Source: Deinococcus sp. (GTDB lineage: Bacteria > Deinococcota > Deinococci > Deinococcales > Deinococcaceae). From it: a stretch of DNA of 64,000 bases. This document shows, piece by piece, positions 1 through 10,506 of this stretch. Every line of letters starts with the position of its first letter. Position 1 is the first letter of the stretch. Position numbers and translations under genes: made by a program. The stretch covers positions 256,001-320,000 of the forward strand of contig OZ253375.1 in the NCBI GenBank assembly GCA_965261005.1, read 5' to 3'. Under the pieces are notes generated by a model. That model worked only from the letters and a program-made list of their open reading frames with translations. It was not told where the DNA came from and did no database searches.

Positions 1-1227
1 GAGACCGTGCTGGAACATATCCCCGCGCCGCAGGTGGACCTGGCCGCCCCCTTTCAGATGGTCGTGACCAACCTGGATTACTCGGAGTACTTGGGCCGCA
101 TCGTGGTGGGGCGGGTCAGGCGCGGGCAGGTCAAAAAGGGCGAGTTCGTCAACCTGATTCACGTGGACGGCAGCATGACCAAGGTGCGCGTCACCCAGCC
201 CTTCACCCACTTCGGCCTCCAGAGGATAGAGGCGGACGTCGTGGGCGCGGGCGACATCGTGGCGCTCTCGGGCATCGAGGACGCCATGATCGGTGAGACC
301 GTCGCCGACTTGGCCGACCCCGAGGCGCTGCCGGTGATCACGGTGGACGAGCCGACCGTCAGCATGCTGTTTCAGCCCAATACCAGCCCCTTTTCTGGAA
401 AAGAGGGCAAGTACGTCACCAGCCGCCACCTCAACGACCGCCTGAAAAAAGAGGTCCAGACCAACGTCAGCTTGCGCGTCGAGGAGCTGCGCCCGGACGA
501 GTTCAAGGTCTCGGGGCGCGGCGAGCTGCACCTGTCCATCCTGCTGGAGACCATGCGCCGCGAGGGCTACGAGGTGCAGGTGGGCGCCCCGCAGGTCATC
601 ACCCGCGAGATTGACGGCCAAAAGCACGAGCCGGTCGAACACCTGGTGATCGACGTGCCCGAGACGTTTTCCAGCAGCGTGATCGGCACCTTGTCGAGCC
701 GCAAGGGGCAGCTGGTCAACATGGAGCCGCAGGGCAGCCGCGTACGGGTGGAGTTCAAGATTCCGTCGCGCGCCCTGTTCGGCTTTCGCACCCAGTTTCT
801 GTCCATGACCCAGGGCGAGGGCATCATGAGCCACGTCTTCGACGGCTACGCGCCGTGGGCCGGCGACCTCAAGGCCCGTCAAAACGGCTCCCTGGTGGCG
901 ATGGAGGCCGGCAACGCCTTTGCGTACTCGATTTGGAAGCTGCAAGACCGCGGCGACTTCTTCATCACGCCGGGCACCGACGTCTACGTGGGCATGATCG
1001 TGGGCGAGAACAGCCGCGAGCAGGACCTCAACGTGAACGTCACCAAGAACAAGAAGCTGACCAACGTGCGCTCCTCAGGGGCCGACGACGCCCTAACGCT
1101 GGTGCCGGTGCGCAAGCTGACCCTGGAGGACGCGCTGGAGTACATCAACGACGACGAGTTGGTGGAGATCACGCCGCAGAGCATCCGATTGCGCAAAAAG
1201 GTGCTTGAGCCGAACATGCGCAAGTAA
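1..1227 (+). CDS. typA: Translational GTPase TypA/BipA (5' end outside window)
   Basis: [16 protein letters not shown] and C-terminal [13 protein letters not shown]...[11 protein letters not shown] motifs typical of BipA. Confidence 0.97.
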   Translation, partial: ETVLEHIPAPQVDLAAPFQMVVTNLDYSEYLGRIVVGRVRRGQVKKGEFVNLIHVDGSMTKVRVTQPFTHFGLQRIEADVVGAGDIVALSGIEDAMIGETVADLADPEALPVITVDEPTVSMLFQPNTSPFSGKEGKYVTSRHLNDRLKKEVQTNVSLRVEELRPDEFKVSGRGELHLSILLETMRREGYEVQVGAPQVITREIDGQKHEPVEHLVIDVPETFSSSVIGTLSSRKGQLVNMEPQGSRVRVEFKIPSRALFGFRTQFLSMTQGEGIMSHVFDGYAPWAGDLKARQNGSLVAMEAGNAFAYSIWKLQDRGDFFITPGTDVYVGMIVGENSREQDLNVNVTKNKKLTNVRSSGADDALTLVPVRKLTLEDALEYINDDELVEITPQSIRLRKKVLEPNMRK

Positions 1228-1250
1228 AGAAAGACTGAGAAAGAGGCGAG

Positions 1251-1293
1251 GCGGGGACGCGCGGGCGTCCCCGCGACTTGTTTTTCCTTTTTT
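1251..1293 (+). terminator. Intrinsic terminator after typA
   Basis: GCGGGGACGC-gcgg-GCGTCCCCGC hairpin followed by a T-rich tract. Confidence 0.75.
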
Positions 1294-1323
1294 GAGGACT
1301 TAGACTTGAGTAAGGAGTAAAGT

Positions 1324-1581
1324 ATGGGTAAGTCAACTATTACTAGTAAGGGACAGGTCACGCTTCCTGCTGGAGTCCGAACCCAACTCGGTTTGAAGCA
1401 GGGTGATCAACTGGAGTTTGAGGTGAAGGGCGAGCAGTTGAGCGTCACAATTACCAAACGGCGCAGTGCCTCGGAATTGCGTGGCTTGTTGGCAGGTGGA
1501 CCGCGCTATGTGGGCCGTCAAGCAGAGCTGGACGCCGTTGCCGAGGGTCTGGCTGAAAAGTATGTGGGAAGCGAAAAGTGA
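1324..1581 (+). CDS. AbrB/MazE/SpoVT-family antitoxin
   Basis: N-terminal STITSKGQVTLPAGVRTQLGLKQGD motif; AAGGAG RBS; upstream of a PIN gene. Confidence 0.9.
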   Translation: MGKSTITSKGQVTLPAGVRTQLGLKQGDQLEFEVKGEQLSVTITKRRSASELRGLLAGGPRYVGRQAELDAVAEGLAEKYVGSEK

Positions 1582-1669
1582 CATTTGTAAAGGAGTGCGA
1601 AAGCAAAGCTGGACGACCTCGCTCGCCCGGAAAAGTTCATGAAACACGCACGAACTTTCCCGAATTCGC

Positions 1670-2074
1670 ATGAGGCGTGTTTGGGCCGATGCGAACCTGA
1701 TCATCCGCTTGCTCACCAACGACCCGCCAAATATGGCGACGCGCGCAGCTCATTTTATGGACCGCGCGGCGTCCGGTGAGTTTCGCTTGATGATCACGCC
1801 ACTTGTCGTGGCCGAGTGTTTTTGGGTGCTGACGCGTTTTTACCGTCAGCAAAAAGGCGAGGTCGTGGACGCTTTGCAAGCGGTGTGCTTGCAAGCGGGC
1901 ACCGAACTTTTAGAGCGCGCCGTTACCCAGACGACCTTGACGCTCATGGCCCAAAAGAACGTGGACTTCGTGGATGCTTACTTAGCCGCGCACGCCCTTA
2001 CGGCTGGTGAGGCGGTGGCAAGCTTCGACCGCGACCACCGCAAGCTGGGCGTATTGATCGAAGAAATCAGTTGA
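1670..2074 (+). CDS. PIN-domain (VapC-like) toxin
   Basis: DANLIIR, VVAE, DFVDAYL and SFDRD acidic PIN motifs. Confidence 0.9.
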   Translation: MRRVWADANLIIRLLTNDPPNMATRAAHFMDRAASGEFRLMITPLVVAECFWVLTRFYRQQKGEVVDALQAVCLQAGTELLERAVTQTTLTLMAQKNVDFVDAYLAAHALTAGEAVASFDRDHRKLGVLIEEIS

Positions 2075-2874
2075 TGCGCCACCTCGCTTCCCCCCAAAAC
2101 CCCGAGATCAAGGCCATCGCCCGCCTGCGGGAGCGCCGCGAGCGTCAGCGCGAGGGCCTCTTCCTGATCGAGGGCGCCCGCGAGCTGTCACGCGCCCTTG
2201 AGGCCGGCGTGCCGGTGCGAACGGTGTACGTCTGCGAGGCCCTGCTGCGCCCGGAAGGCCAGCAACTGCTCGCCCGCCTGGATGAACCGGCGTTGGGTGG
2301 GCCGGAGGTGGTGACGACCTCGCCCGCCGCCCACGCCAAGCTCTCGGCGCGCGAGAACCCGGACGGTTTGATTGGCGTGGCGTCACCTTGGGAGCGCGCT
2401 TCGCCCGAGATCACGGATCAGGCCCTCGTCTTTGTCTTGAGCGGCTTGGAAAAGCCCGGCAATGTGGGCGCGCTGCTGCGGGTGGCGGACGGGGCGGGGG
2501 TGGACGCCGCGCTGCTGACGGGGGGCGGGGTGGACCTGTATAACCCCAACGTCGTGCGGGCCAGCCAGGGCAGCGTCTTCGGGGTGCCCTGCCTGGAATT
2601 GGACGACGCGGCGGCGCTGGCGTGGCTGCGGGGGCGCGGCTTCAAGCTGGCCGCCCTGACGCCGGGGGGAGCTGTCCCCTACTGGAACGCCGACCTGGGC
2701 GGCAAGCTGGCCCTGATCCTGGGCGCCGAGCACGCCGGGGTGCCGCCATTCTGGACGGCGGCGGCGGACTTGGCGCTCTCCATTCCCATGCGCGGGGCGG
2801 CCGACAGCCTGAACGTGGCGACGGCCGGGGCGCTGGCGCTGTACGAGGCGCTGCGGCAGCGCTCGCACGTTTAG
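2074..2874 (+). CDS. TrmH/SpoU-family RNA methyltransferase
   Basis: KPGNVGALLR, GAEHAG and IPMRGAADSLNVA SPOUT motifs; TGATG overlap with the PIN gene. Confidence 0.92.
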   Translation: MRHLASPQNPEIKAIARLRERRERQREGLFLIEGARELSRALEAGVPVRTVYVCEALLRPEGQQLLARLDEPALGGPEVVTTSPAAHAKLSARENPDGLIGVASPWERASPEITDQALVFVLSGLEKPGNVGALLRVADGAGVDAALLTGGGVDLYNPNVVRASQGSVFGVPCLELDDAAALAWLRGRGFKLAALTPGGAVPYWNADLGGKLALILGAEHAGVPPFWTAAADLALSIPMRGAADSLNVATAGALALYEALRQRSHV

Positions 2875-3224
2875 CCGACCTGTGACAAGCTTTCCTCATT
2901 CACCTCGGCCTGCGCGCCCCACTGCGCCATCGCGCCGATGATGGCGCCCAGGCCCATGCCGCGCCCCGTCAGGGTGTATTCCACGCGCGGCGGTACCTCG
3001 GGAAACACCGCGCGGGTGACGATGCCTTGGGCCTCCAAGGTGCGCAAGCGGTCGGCCAGGGTTTTGGGCGAGATGCCGTGCAGGGCGCTTTTGAGTTCGC
3101 CGAAGCGCTTGGTGCCGCCCAACAATTCCCGCAAGACCAGGGTGGTCCACTTGGCCCCGATCACCTCCAAGGTTCGCTCCACGGCGCAGTCCGGCTCGGC
3201 GTTGAGTGGTTGTGTGTGTCGCAT
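2871..3224 (-). CDS. HxlR-family winged-helix transcriptional regulator
   Basis: CAVERTLEVIGAKWT, RFGEL and PPRVEYTLT motifs; TAGCTT -10 box 6 nt before the ATG at 3224. Confidence 0.92.
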   Translation of the reverse strand: MRHTQPLNAEPDCAVERTLEVIGAKWTTLVLRELLGGTKRFGELKSALHGISPKTLADRLRTLEAQGIVTRAVFPEVPPRVEYTLTGRGMGLGAIIGAMAQWGAQAEVNEESLSQVG

Positions 3225-3362
3225 GCGCACAAGCTAGCACTTTCTGGGCGGGAACCAAGTCGGCCGCACGCCATTACTTTCCGAAGGGAAGCTTAAGCTC
3301 TAGAGTGTGGGCGTGACCGTCAAGACCAGTCCATCCAAAATGAGTGAATCAGGAGTTCGGCC

Positions 3363-3998
3363 GTGAACCTCGCCGTCTTTGGCGCGACCGGCCGCACGGG
3401 GCGCCACGTGGTCGAACAGGCCCTGGCGGGCGGCCACCGGGTGAGCGCCCTCGTCCGTGACGAGGGCAAGCTGCCCACCAAGCACGAACGTCTGCGTGTG
3501 GTGGTCGGCGACGCGCTGGACGGGGGCAAGGTGGAGGAGGCCCTGCGCGGCCAGGGGGCCGCCATCGTCGCCCTGGGGCCGGTGAAGGGTGGCCCCGACG
3601 ATCTGCTGGAGCGCGCCAGCGAGAACATCGTGCGCGCGGCAAAGGCGACCGGCGTGCGGCGCCTGATCGCCGAGGGCGGGGCCGGCATGCGGGTGGAGGA
3701 GGACGCCCCCGGCTTCGGCAGCAAGCTGATGTCGGGCCTGGTCGGTTTGATGATCCCCAAGCAGGTACACGACAAGCGCCGCCAAATGGAGATCATGCGG
3801 GGCAGCGGCCTGGAATGGGCGGTCGTGCGCGCCCCGGTGCTGACCGACGGCCCCCTCACCTCCACTTACCGCCTGGGCTTTCCCAACCTGGGTCCTGGCG
3901 CCAAAATCTCGCGCGCCGACATCGCCCACGCCATGTTGAACTTGGCGACGATGGAAGACAGCCCTTGGCTGGGTCAGGCGCCGGCCATTCGGTATTGA
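3363..3998 (+). CDS. NAD(P)H-binding atypical SDR (flavin/biliverdin reductase-like)
   Basis: GATGRTG Rossmann motif, ISRADIA; divergent from the HxlR gene. Confidence 0.88.
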   Translation: MNLAVFGATGRTGRHVVEQALAGGHRVSALVRDEGKLPTKHERLRVVVGDALDGGKVEEALRGQGAAIVALGPVKGGPDDLLERASENIVRAAKATGVRRLIAEGGAGMRVEEDAPGFGSKLMSGLVGLMIPKQVHDKRRQMEIMRGSGLEWAVVRAPVLTDGPLTSTYRLGFPNLGPGAKISRADIAHAMLNLATMEDSPWLGQAPAIRY

Positions 3999-4024
3999 AC
4001 CCGGTATTGAGTATGGAGAACAGC

Positions 4025-4657
4025 ATGCGAGTTGACGTGTTCGCGGACGTGGTTTGCCCGTTTTGCTATATCGGTTTGGAGCGCCTGTCCAAGCTGGCCG
4101 CCGACGAGGGGCTGAGCGTGCGCTGGGCGCCGTTTCAGCTGCGCCCCGAGATGGCGCCCTCGGGTGAGGCGTGGCGTCCCTTCGCGTTGGAGAAGTTCGG
4201 CGGCGAGGGCGGCATGCAGGCCGCCTTTGCCCACTTGGAAAATTATGCCTGCGACGACGGGGTGTGCTTCCGCTTCGATCGCGTCGCCAGCGCGCCCAAC
4301 ACCGTGGACGCCCACCGCGTCATCCTGCGCGCCCAGCAGCGTGACCTCGGCGTGCCGGTCGCCATGAGCCTGATGAAGGGCTACTTCGAGGAGGGCGCCG
4401 AGCTGCGCGACGCACAGGTCTTGGCCGCTCTGGCGGGGCGCGGCGGCTTGCCGGCGGACGAGGTGCGAACGTTGCTCGCCGGCGACGACCTGAAGAAGGA
4501 AGTGCGGCGAAGCCAAACGCTCGCCTACCAAAGCGGCGTGCAGGGCGTGCCGTTCTACGTGCTCGGCGGGCAGTACGCCCTGTCCGGCGCCCAGCCCACG
4601 GAGACCATGCGCGCGGCGCTGGCCTGGGCGCGCGAGCAGGGCGCCGTCAGCCCCTAA
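4025..4657 (+). CDS. DsbA/FrnE-family oxidoreductase
   Basis: DVVCPFCYIG, GVQGVPF and SGAQP motifs; ATG at 4025 after GGAG. Confidence 0.9.
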   Translation: MRVDVFADVVCPFCYIGLERLSKLAADEGLSVRWAPFQLRPEMAPSGEAWRPFALEKFGGEGGMQAAFAHLENYACDDGVCFRFDRVASAPNTVDAHRVILRAQQRDLGVPVAMSLMKGYFEEGAELRDAQVLAALAGRGGLPADEVRTLLAGDDLKKEVRRSQTLAYQSGVQGVPFYVLGGQYALSGAQPTETMRAALAWAREQGAVSP

Positions 4658-6225
4658 GCCTTCTGTGCGCCCCGTCCCAGCATGGCCGCGATGCCCGCGA
4701 GCGGCACCCGCAGCCAGTCGGGGCGGTTGCGCAGCTCGTAACGCACCTCGTAGAGGGCTTTTTCCAGCTCGAACGCGCGCAGAGCGTGGTCGAACGTCTC
4801 GTCGTCCCGCGGGGCGATGTTGTGCAGCGCGCGGGCGACCTCGGCGCGGTAAGCGTCCAGAAAAGCCCCCCGCGCCCCCTGCTCCCAGCGTCGCGACAGC
4901 GGACGCGCCGCCTCGCGCTCCTTCCCTGGCAGCGCGAACAGGCTGGCCGCCGCCGCGTAGGACAGCGAGCGCAGCAGGCCCGCCACGTCGCGCAGCGCCG
5001 GATGTTTGGCCCGGCGCTCGGGGAGCGGGCGCGCCGGCTCGCCCTCGAAGTCGAGGACGATGAAGTCGCCCGCGCTCACCAGCACCTGGCCCAGGTGGTA
5101 GTCGCCGTGATGGCGAATCTTGACCGTGTCCTCCACGAGGGCGTCCAGCCCCCGCGCCGAGTCCTTCAGCGCGCCGCGGCGGTCCAGCACCTCGCGCTTC
5201 AGGTCATCTGTTCCCTCGCCGACCTCGCTTTCCTCCAGCAGCCTCAGCGTCTCGTCCGCCTCGCGCCCGATCTGACTTGTCCAGCGCCGGGCGTCCCCCT
5301 CCGTCACTGCCTCCGGAGCGAAGTCCGGCCCCTCTCCCCCTGCGAGCGCCACGTGCAGCCCGCCCGTCACCTGCCCCAGGCGCCGCGCGTCGTTCAGCAA
5401 GTCCGCCATCACGCCCTCCGGGTCCCCTTGGTATAACTCGTTCAGGCGGTACAGGGTGTACGGCCAAGCGTCCCCCTCGTTCGGCACGAAGGTTTGCAGC
5501 GCCGCGAGGGCCGTCACCTCTCCACTCGGGTTATTTTCGGCCGGCCCGCCCTCGACGTGGCCGGCCACCAGCGGCACGTTGCGAAAGTCGGTCTGCTCGG
5601 TCAGAAAGCGCAGCACCTCCAGGTCGGGGTTGGGGCCGTGTTCCAAGCGGCGAAACAGCTTGAGGATAAAGGCGTCGCCGTAGATCACCGACGAGTTGCT
5701 CTGCTCGGAGGCGACCACCCGCACCCGCTCGCGCGGATTCTTTTCGGCGGCCACCCGACCGAACACCTCGTTGTGGACGAAGCGCAGCTGACCCCCTGGC
5801 CCGGTCAGGGTCGCCTGCGCCGCCAGCAAGGCATACAGGTTCTGGGCGAAATCTGTGTCCAGCAGGGCGTCCACGGCCAGCAGCCGCCCGTCCCCAGTGT
5901 CCAGCGCGAACATCACGTCCGCCTCGCCGCGCGCCCCCCCCGGCAAGTCCGTTTCCGGGCTGAGCGCGATGGGCAGCGCGTAGCGCTCAAAGCTTCCGTC
6001 TTGGTAAGTGATGTTGACCAGGGCGTACCAATGCCGGGCCGAGCCGTAGGGCGGCAGCGCGTAGGCCGCTTCCAAGTTCAGGCTCTCGATGGGCCGGCCC
6101 TTGCCGCCGTACCAGCGCCGGGCGTTCAGGTAGGCGTGCGGCAGGCCGGCGACGGCCCCTTCCAACGCCCCGCGCACGTCCGCCTCGTCAAAACCTTCCA
6201 CCGGCCATACCGGAAACCCGGACAT
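4654..6225 (-). CDS. mak: Maltokinase (Mak/Pep2)
   Basis: RWYGGK, EQSNSSV, HGDYHLGQVL, DFEGEP and EKALYEVRYE motifs; start overlaps the glgE stop. Confidence 0.88.
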   Translation of the reverse strand: MSGFPVWPVEGFDEADVRGALEGAVAGLPHAYLNARRWYGGKGRPIESLNLEAAYALPPYGSARHWYALVNITYQDGSFERYALPIALSPETDLPGGARGEADVMFALDTGDGRLLAVDALLDTDFAQNLYALLAAQATLTGPGGQLRFVHNEVFGRVAAEKNPRERVRVVASEQSNSSVIYGDAFILKLFRRLEHGPNPDLEVLRFLTEQTDFRNVPLVAGHVEGGPAENNPSGEVTALAALQTFVPNEGDAWPYTLYRLNELYQGDPEGVMADLLNDARRLGQVTGGLHVALAGGEGPDFAPEAVTEGDARRWTSQIGREADETLRLLEESEVGEGTDDLKREVLDRRGALKDSARGLDALVEDTVKIRHHGDYHLGQVLVSAGDFIVLDFEGEPARPLPERRAKHPALRDVAGLLRSLSYAAAASLFALPGKEREAARPLSRRWEQGARGAFLDAYRAEVARALHNIAPRDDETFDHALRAFELEKALYEVRYELRNRPDWLRVPLAGIAAMLGRGAQKA

Positions 6226-8264
6226 CAGGGCCGCTCCAGCTTCAAGATGTGGCCGGGCACGCCGTGAGGATCGAGCCGCACGTAGTTCCACTCGCCGCTC
6301 CAGCGGTAAGTCGCGCCGCTCAACAGGTCGCGCACGCTGTAAGGCCGCTCATACTCCACCCCCAACTGCCACAGCGGGAGGCGAACCCACCCTTCCTGCG
6401 GCGCGTGCGGATCCAGGCTGACCACGCACACGATCACGTCGTCGCCGAGGACCTTGGTGTAGGCGATGATCTGGTCGCTGCTGGTCTCCAGAAAACTCAG
6501 GTTGTCGTACTCCTGGAGGGCCGGCTCGTCCCGCCGAACCCGGTTCACCCGCGTGATCAGGTCCACCAGGTTGCCCGGCGCGTTCCAGTCGTAGGTCCTG
6601 AGCTGGTACTTCTCGTTGTTGTTGTACTCCTCCTTGCCGGGAAAGGGGTCGTTGTCGCCCACCTCGTAGCCCGAGTAGATGCCGTACACGCTCGACAAGG
6701 TGGCCGCCAGCAAAAAGCGGATGCGGAACTTGCCCAGGCCCCCTTCCACCAACTCGTCGGTCAGGATGTCAGGGGTGTTGGGCCACAAGTTGGCGCGGTA
6801 GTACTCCCGCTTTTCGCCCTGGGTCAGCTCGGTGAAGTAGTCTTCCAATTCCGGCTTGGTCGTGCGCCACGTGAAGTAGCTGTAGGACTGGGTGAAGCCC
6901 ACCTTGGCGAGGCGTTCCATCACGCGCGGGCGGGTGAAGGCCTCGGCCAGGAAGATGGTCTCAGGGTGGCGCGCCTTGATCCGGTTCAGCGCCCAGTCCC
7001 AAAAGTTGAGCGCCTTGGTGTGCGGGTTGTCCACCCGGAAGGTCTTCACGCCCTGCCCGATCCAGAACTCGAAGGTCGCCTCCAGCTCCAACCACAGGCT
7101 CTCGGCCTCCGTCCCGAAGAAGTTGATGGGGTAGATGTCCTCGTACTTCTTGGGCGGGTTCTCGGCGTACTTGATGTGGCCGTCCGGCAGCACGAAGAAG
7201 TAGCCGGGATGGTCCTTCACCCAGGGATGGTCGGGCGACGCCTGAATGGCGAAGTCAATGGCGACCTCGATGCCGCGCTCCCCGGCCGCCGCGATCAGCG
7301 CGCGAAAGTCCTCCAGCGTGCCCAGCTCCGGGTGAACGGCGGTGTGCCCGCCCCCCGCCGCGCCGATGGCCCACGGCGAGCCGGGGTCCCCCTCGCCCGC
7401 CACCAGGCTGTTGTTGCGGCCCTTGCGGTTGGTGCGCCCGATGGGGTGGATGGGCGGCAGGTAGAGGGTGTCGAAGCCCATCGCGGCGATTCTGGGCAGT
7501 TCCCCGATCACGTCGCGGAAGGTGCCGTGCCGCCCGCTCTCGCCGTAGGAGCGCGGAAACAGCTCGTACCACGCCGCGAAGCGCGCCTTTACCCGGTCCA
7601 CCACCACCTCCAGCACCCGGTCGTAGACGTTCTGATTCGAGCGGTTGGCCAATATCCGCATCAAGTCGAACAGCCCCGAATCGAGGGCCAGCTTGGAGCC
7701 GGCACTGGGGTCGCCGGCCGCCTTGATTTTTTTCAGGTGCGCGTCGAGCGTCTTTTTCTGCGCGGCGCTCCCGCGTTCACGCGCCGCCTCGATCAGCCGC
7801 ACGCCCTCCAGATACTCGGAGGCCACGTCCTGCGCCGCTTCCAAGCGCTTGCCCATGTCGCGGCGCCAGGTGGCGAAGTCGTCCGACCACGCCTCCAGGG
7901 TGTACTCGTAGCGGCCGAGCTGCTCCAGCGGAACCTCGCCGGCCCAGCGGTCGTTGTCCAGGTAGACCATCGGCGCCTCGCGCCAAGCCGCCTCCCCCTT
8001 CGCGCGGTACAGCACGGCCGCGTTTAGGACGTCCTGGTTGTCGCGGAAGATGTCGGCCTCGACCGCCAGCCGGTCGCCCACCTCGCGCTTGACCGGCCAG
8101 CGGCCCCCGTCGAGTTCCGGCGTGACGTGCTCGATGGCGATGCGGTCGGCGCGCCGGACCACGCCCTGAAGGCTGGCCGCCTTGACGGTTTTGGCGGCCC
8201 CCTTGGTCGGGCGGGGTTGGGCGGTCGGCGCGTCTTTCGTGGCTGCCTTGGTGTTCTCGGTCAT
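6225..8264 (-). CDS. glgE: Alpha-1,4-glucan:maltose-1-phosphate maltosyltransferase
   Basis: WYELFPRS, YLPPIHPIG, YAENPPKKYEDIYP, FRVDNPHTK, FLAEAFTRP. Confidence 0.96.
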   Translation of the reverse strand: MTENTKAATKDAPTAQPRPTKGAAKTVKAASLQGVVRRADRIAIEHVTPELDGGRWPVKREVGDRLAVEADIFRDNQDVLNAAVLYRAKGEAAWREAPMVYLDNDRWAGEVPLEQLGRYEYTLEAWSDDFATWRRDMGKRLEAAQDVASEYLEGVRLIEAARERGSAAQKKTLDAHLKKIKAAGDPSAGSKLALDSGLFDLMRILANRSNQNVYDRVLEVVVDRVKARFAAWYELFPRSYGESGRHGTFRDVIGELPRIAAMGFDTLYLPPIHPIGRTNRKGRNNSLVAGEGDPGSPWAIGAAGGGHTAVHPELGTLEDFRALIAAAGERGIEVAIDFAIQASPDHPWVKDHPGYFFVLPDGHIKYAENPPKKYEDIYPINFFGTEAESLWLELEATFEFWIGQGVKTFRVDNPHTKALNFWDWALNRIKARHPETIFLAEAFTRPRVMERLAKVGFTQSYSYFTWRTTKPELEDYFTELTQGEKREYYRANLWPNTPDILTDELVEGGLGKFRIRFLLAATLSSVYGIYSGYEVGDNDPFPGKEEYNNNEKYQLRTYDWNAPGNLVDLITRVNRVRRDEPALQEYDNLSFLETSSDQIIAYTKVLGDDVIVCVVSLDPHAPQEGWVRLPLWQLGVEYERPYSVRDLLSGATYRWSGEWNYVRLDPHGVPGHILKLERP

Positions 8265-8429
8265 AGGTTCCTCCTGATTCACCTGTTCAGCCTAATGAGG
8301 GGTTGTAAAGGACTTGTGTGCGGGGCCTGAATGGCGGGTCAAGGCGGCGGCGCCGCGCTTTGCGGTTTACACTATTCGGGTTCGGGGCAAAAGCGAAACC
8401 CAGCGCCGCGCCGCTCTCAGGAGGTCGCC

Positions 8430-9668
8430 ATGAAAAAACGCGTTCTCGGCATGATTCTCGCCGGCGGGCAAGGCACCCGCCTGTCCCCCCTCACCCAGAA
8501 GCGCTCCAAGCCGGCCGTGCCCTTTGGCAGCAAGTACCGCATCATCGACTTCGCGCTCAACAACTTCATCAACTCGGAAATCTACTCGATCTACGTGCTG
8601 ATCCAGTTCAAGGCCCAAAGCCTGACCGAGCACATCCAGCGCGGTTGGCGCTTCGGGGCGTTCCTCAGCGACTACTTCATCACCCTGGTCCCGGCGCAGA
8701 TGTACCGCTACGAGGAGCTGGGGCCGGTGTGGTACCGCGGCACTGCCGACGCGGTCTACCAGAACTTGCACCTGATCGACAACTACGAGGCCGATTACGT
8801 CGCTATCTTCTCGGGCGACCACATCTACAAGATGAACGTGGCGCACATGCTCGACCAGCACCGCGACAGCCGCGCCGATCTCACCATCGCCTCGTATCCC
8901 ATGCCCGCCGCCGACTCTAAGCGCTTCGGCGTGGTCACCACCGACGAGCGCGGGCGCATCACCGACTTCCTGGAAAAGCCCGACCCGAGCAGCTTGCCCG
9001 GCAATCCCGACACGGTGCAGACCAGCATGGGCAACTACATCTTTTCGCGCTCGGCTTTGGAGGAGCTGCTCGAAACTAACGTGCGCGACGACGAGCAGGG
9101 CTACGACTTCGGCAAGGACATCATCCCGCGCGCCATCAAGGACGGCTACAGCGTGATGGCCTACGACTTTCACAAAAACCCGATTCCCGGCCAAACGGCG
9201 GCCAACACCTATTGGCGCGACGTGGGCACGCTCGACGCCTACTACGAGGCCAACATGGACCTGGTCTCGGTCAGCCCCGAGTTCGACCTCTACAACCCCG
9301 AGTGGCCGCTGCGCACCGCCGCCGAGTTCAGCCCACCCACCAAGTTCGTCCACGAAACCGAGAACCGGCGCGGCCAAGCCTTTAACTCGCTGCTGGCCGG
9401 CGGCGCCATCGTCTCGGGCGGCACGGTGCGCGACAGCGTGTTGTCGCGCCGGGTGCGGACGCACTCCTACTCCTTGGTCGAGGCCTCGGTCCTGTTCGAG
9501 AACGTCGAGGTCGGCCGCCACGCCCACGTTCGCAACGCCATCGTGGACAAGGACGTCAGCATTCCCAACGGCTTCGCGGTCGGCGTGGACTTGGAGGAGG
9601 ACCGGGCGCGCGGCTTCACCGTCACCGAGAACGGCGTCGTGGTGGTGCCGAAAAGCTACAACTTCTAG
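8430..9668 (+). CDS. glgC: Glucose-1-phosphate adenylyltransferase
   Basis: [40 protein letters not shown] before the ATG at 8430. Confidence 0.97.
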   Translation: MKKRVLGMILAGGQGTRLSPLTQKRSKPAVPFGSKYRIIDFALNNFINSEIYSIYVLIQFKAQSLTEHIQRGWRFGAFLSDYFITLVPAQMYRYEELGPVWYRGTADAVYQNLHLIDNYEADYVAIFSGDHIYKMNVAHMLDQHRDSRADLTIASYPMPAADSKRFGVVTTDERGRITDFLEKPDPSSLPGNPDTVQTSMGNYIFSRSALEELLETNVRDDEQGYDFGKDIIPRAIKDGYSVMAYDFHKNPIPGQTAANTYWRDVGTLDAYYEANMDLVSVSPEFDLYNPEWPLRTAAEFSPPTKFVHETENRRGQAFNSLLAGGAIVSGGTVRDSVLSRRVRTHSYSLVEASVLFENVEVGRHAHVRNAIVDKDVSIPNGFAVGVDLEEDRARGFTVTENGVVVVPKSYNF

Positions 9669-9669
9669 T

Positions 9670-9704
9670 CCCCCCTCCCGGCCTCCCCCACAAGGGGGGA
9701 GGGG
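9670..9704. repeat. REP-like element (CCCCCTCCC..CCTCCCCC..AGGGGGGAGGG)
   Basis: C-rich/G-rich hairpin just after glgC; related inverted copy near 53089-53148. Confidence 0.5.
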
Positions 9705-9729
9705 TTCTGAAAGCTGATAGCTTTCCCTG

Positions 9730-10487
9730 GTGCCTGGCCCCGAAGTCCTGCTCTACGGCGTCCCGCTCGCCTTTCTGGCCGGCTTCGTGGACGCCATCGC
9801 GGGCGGGGGCGGGGTCATCACCCTGCCGACCCTGTACTTCATGGGCCTCGCCCCGGCGCAGGTGGTGGCGACCAACAAGCTGCTCGCCATCTTCGGCTCG
9901 ACCAGCGCCTCGCTCTCCTTTTGGCGGCGGGGCTGGGTGGACAAAGCGCTGCTGCTGCGCCTCGCCCCGCTGGCCCTCCTCGGCAGCGCGCTGGGGGCGC
10001 ACCTCGTGCTGGGCTTCAGGAACGACGCGGCCTTTCGCACCATCGTCGCCGGCCTGATCTTGCTGGTGGGCCTGCTGGTCGTCACCAACAAGAAGCTCGG
10101 CTCTGAAAACCGCTACGCCGGCCTGAACGCGCGCACGCTGAGCGTTGGCCTGCTCGCCGCCCTCGCCATCGGCGTATACGACGGCTTTTTCGGTCCCGGC
10201 ACCGGCACCTTTTTGATGTTCGTGTTCGTGCGCTTTCTGCGCTTCGACTTCGTGACGGGGAGCGGCAACGCCCGCGTGGTCAACTTCGTGACCAACGCGG
10301 GCGCCTTTGTCACCTTCCTGCTGTCCGGGGCGATGGTGTGGTGGATTGGTTGCCGATGGGGGTGGCCAACGCGCTGGGGGCCGCCCTGGGGGCGCGCATG
10401 GCGATGTTGCGCGGCAGCGCCTTTGTGCGGGTGGTGTACGTGGGTATCGTGCTGCTGGTGGTGGGACGGCTGTTGCTGGCGCGCTGA
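9730..10487 (+). pseudogene. TauE/SafE (TSUP) family transporter with a 1-nt frameshift near 10350
   Basis: [12 protein letters not shown] and [12 protein letters not shown] motifs; the natural C-terminus ([27 protein letters not shown]...LAR*) lies in another frame and ends with TGA at 10485-10487. Confidence 0.8.
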
Positions 10488-10506
10488 GCGGGGTATCCTG
10501 CGCGGC

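Noticed and set aside
3270..3300. HxlR operator-like imperfect palindrome
   Set aside because: The symmetry is too weak to support from sequence alone.
6249..8027. Long antisense and alternate-frame ORFs (for example 6249-8027, 15441-17063, 19322-20950, 27200-29209)
   Set aside because: Shadows of real high-GC genes with no motifs of their own.
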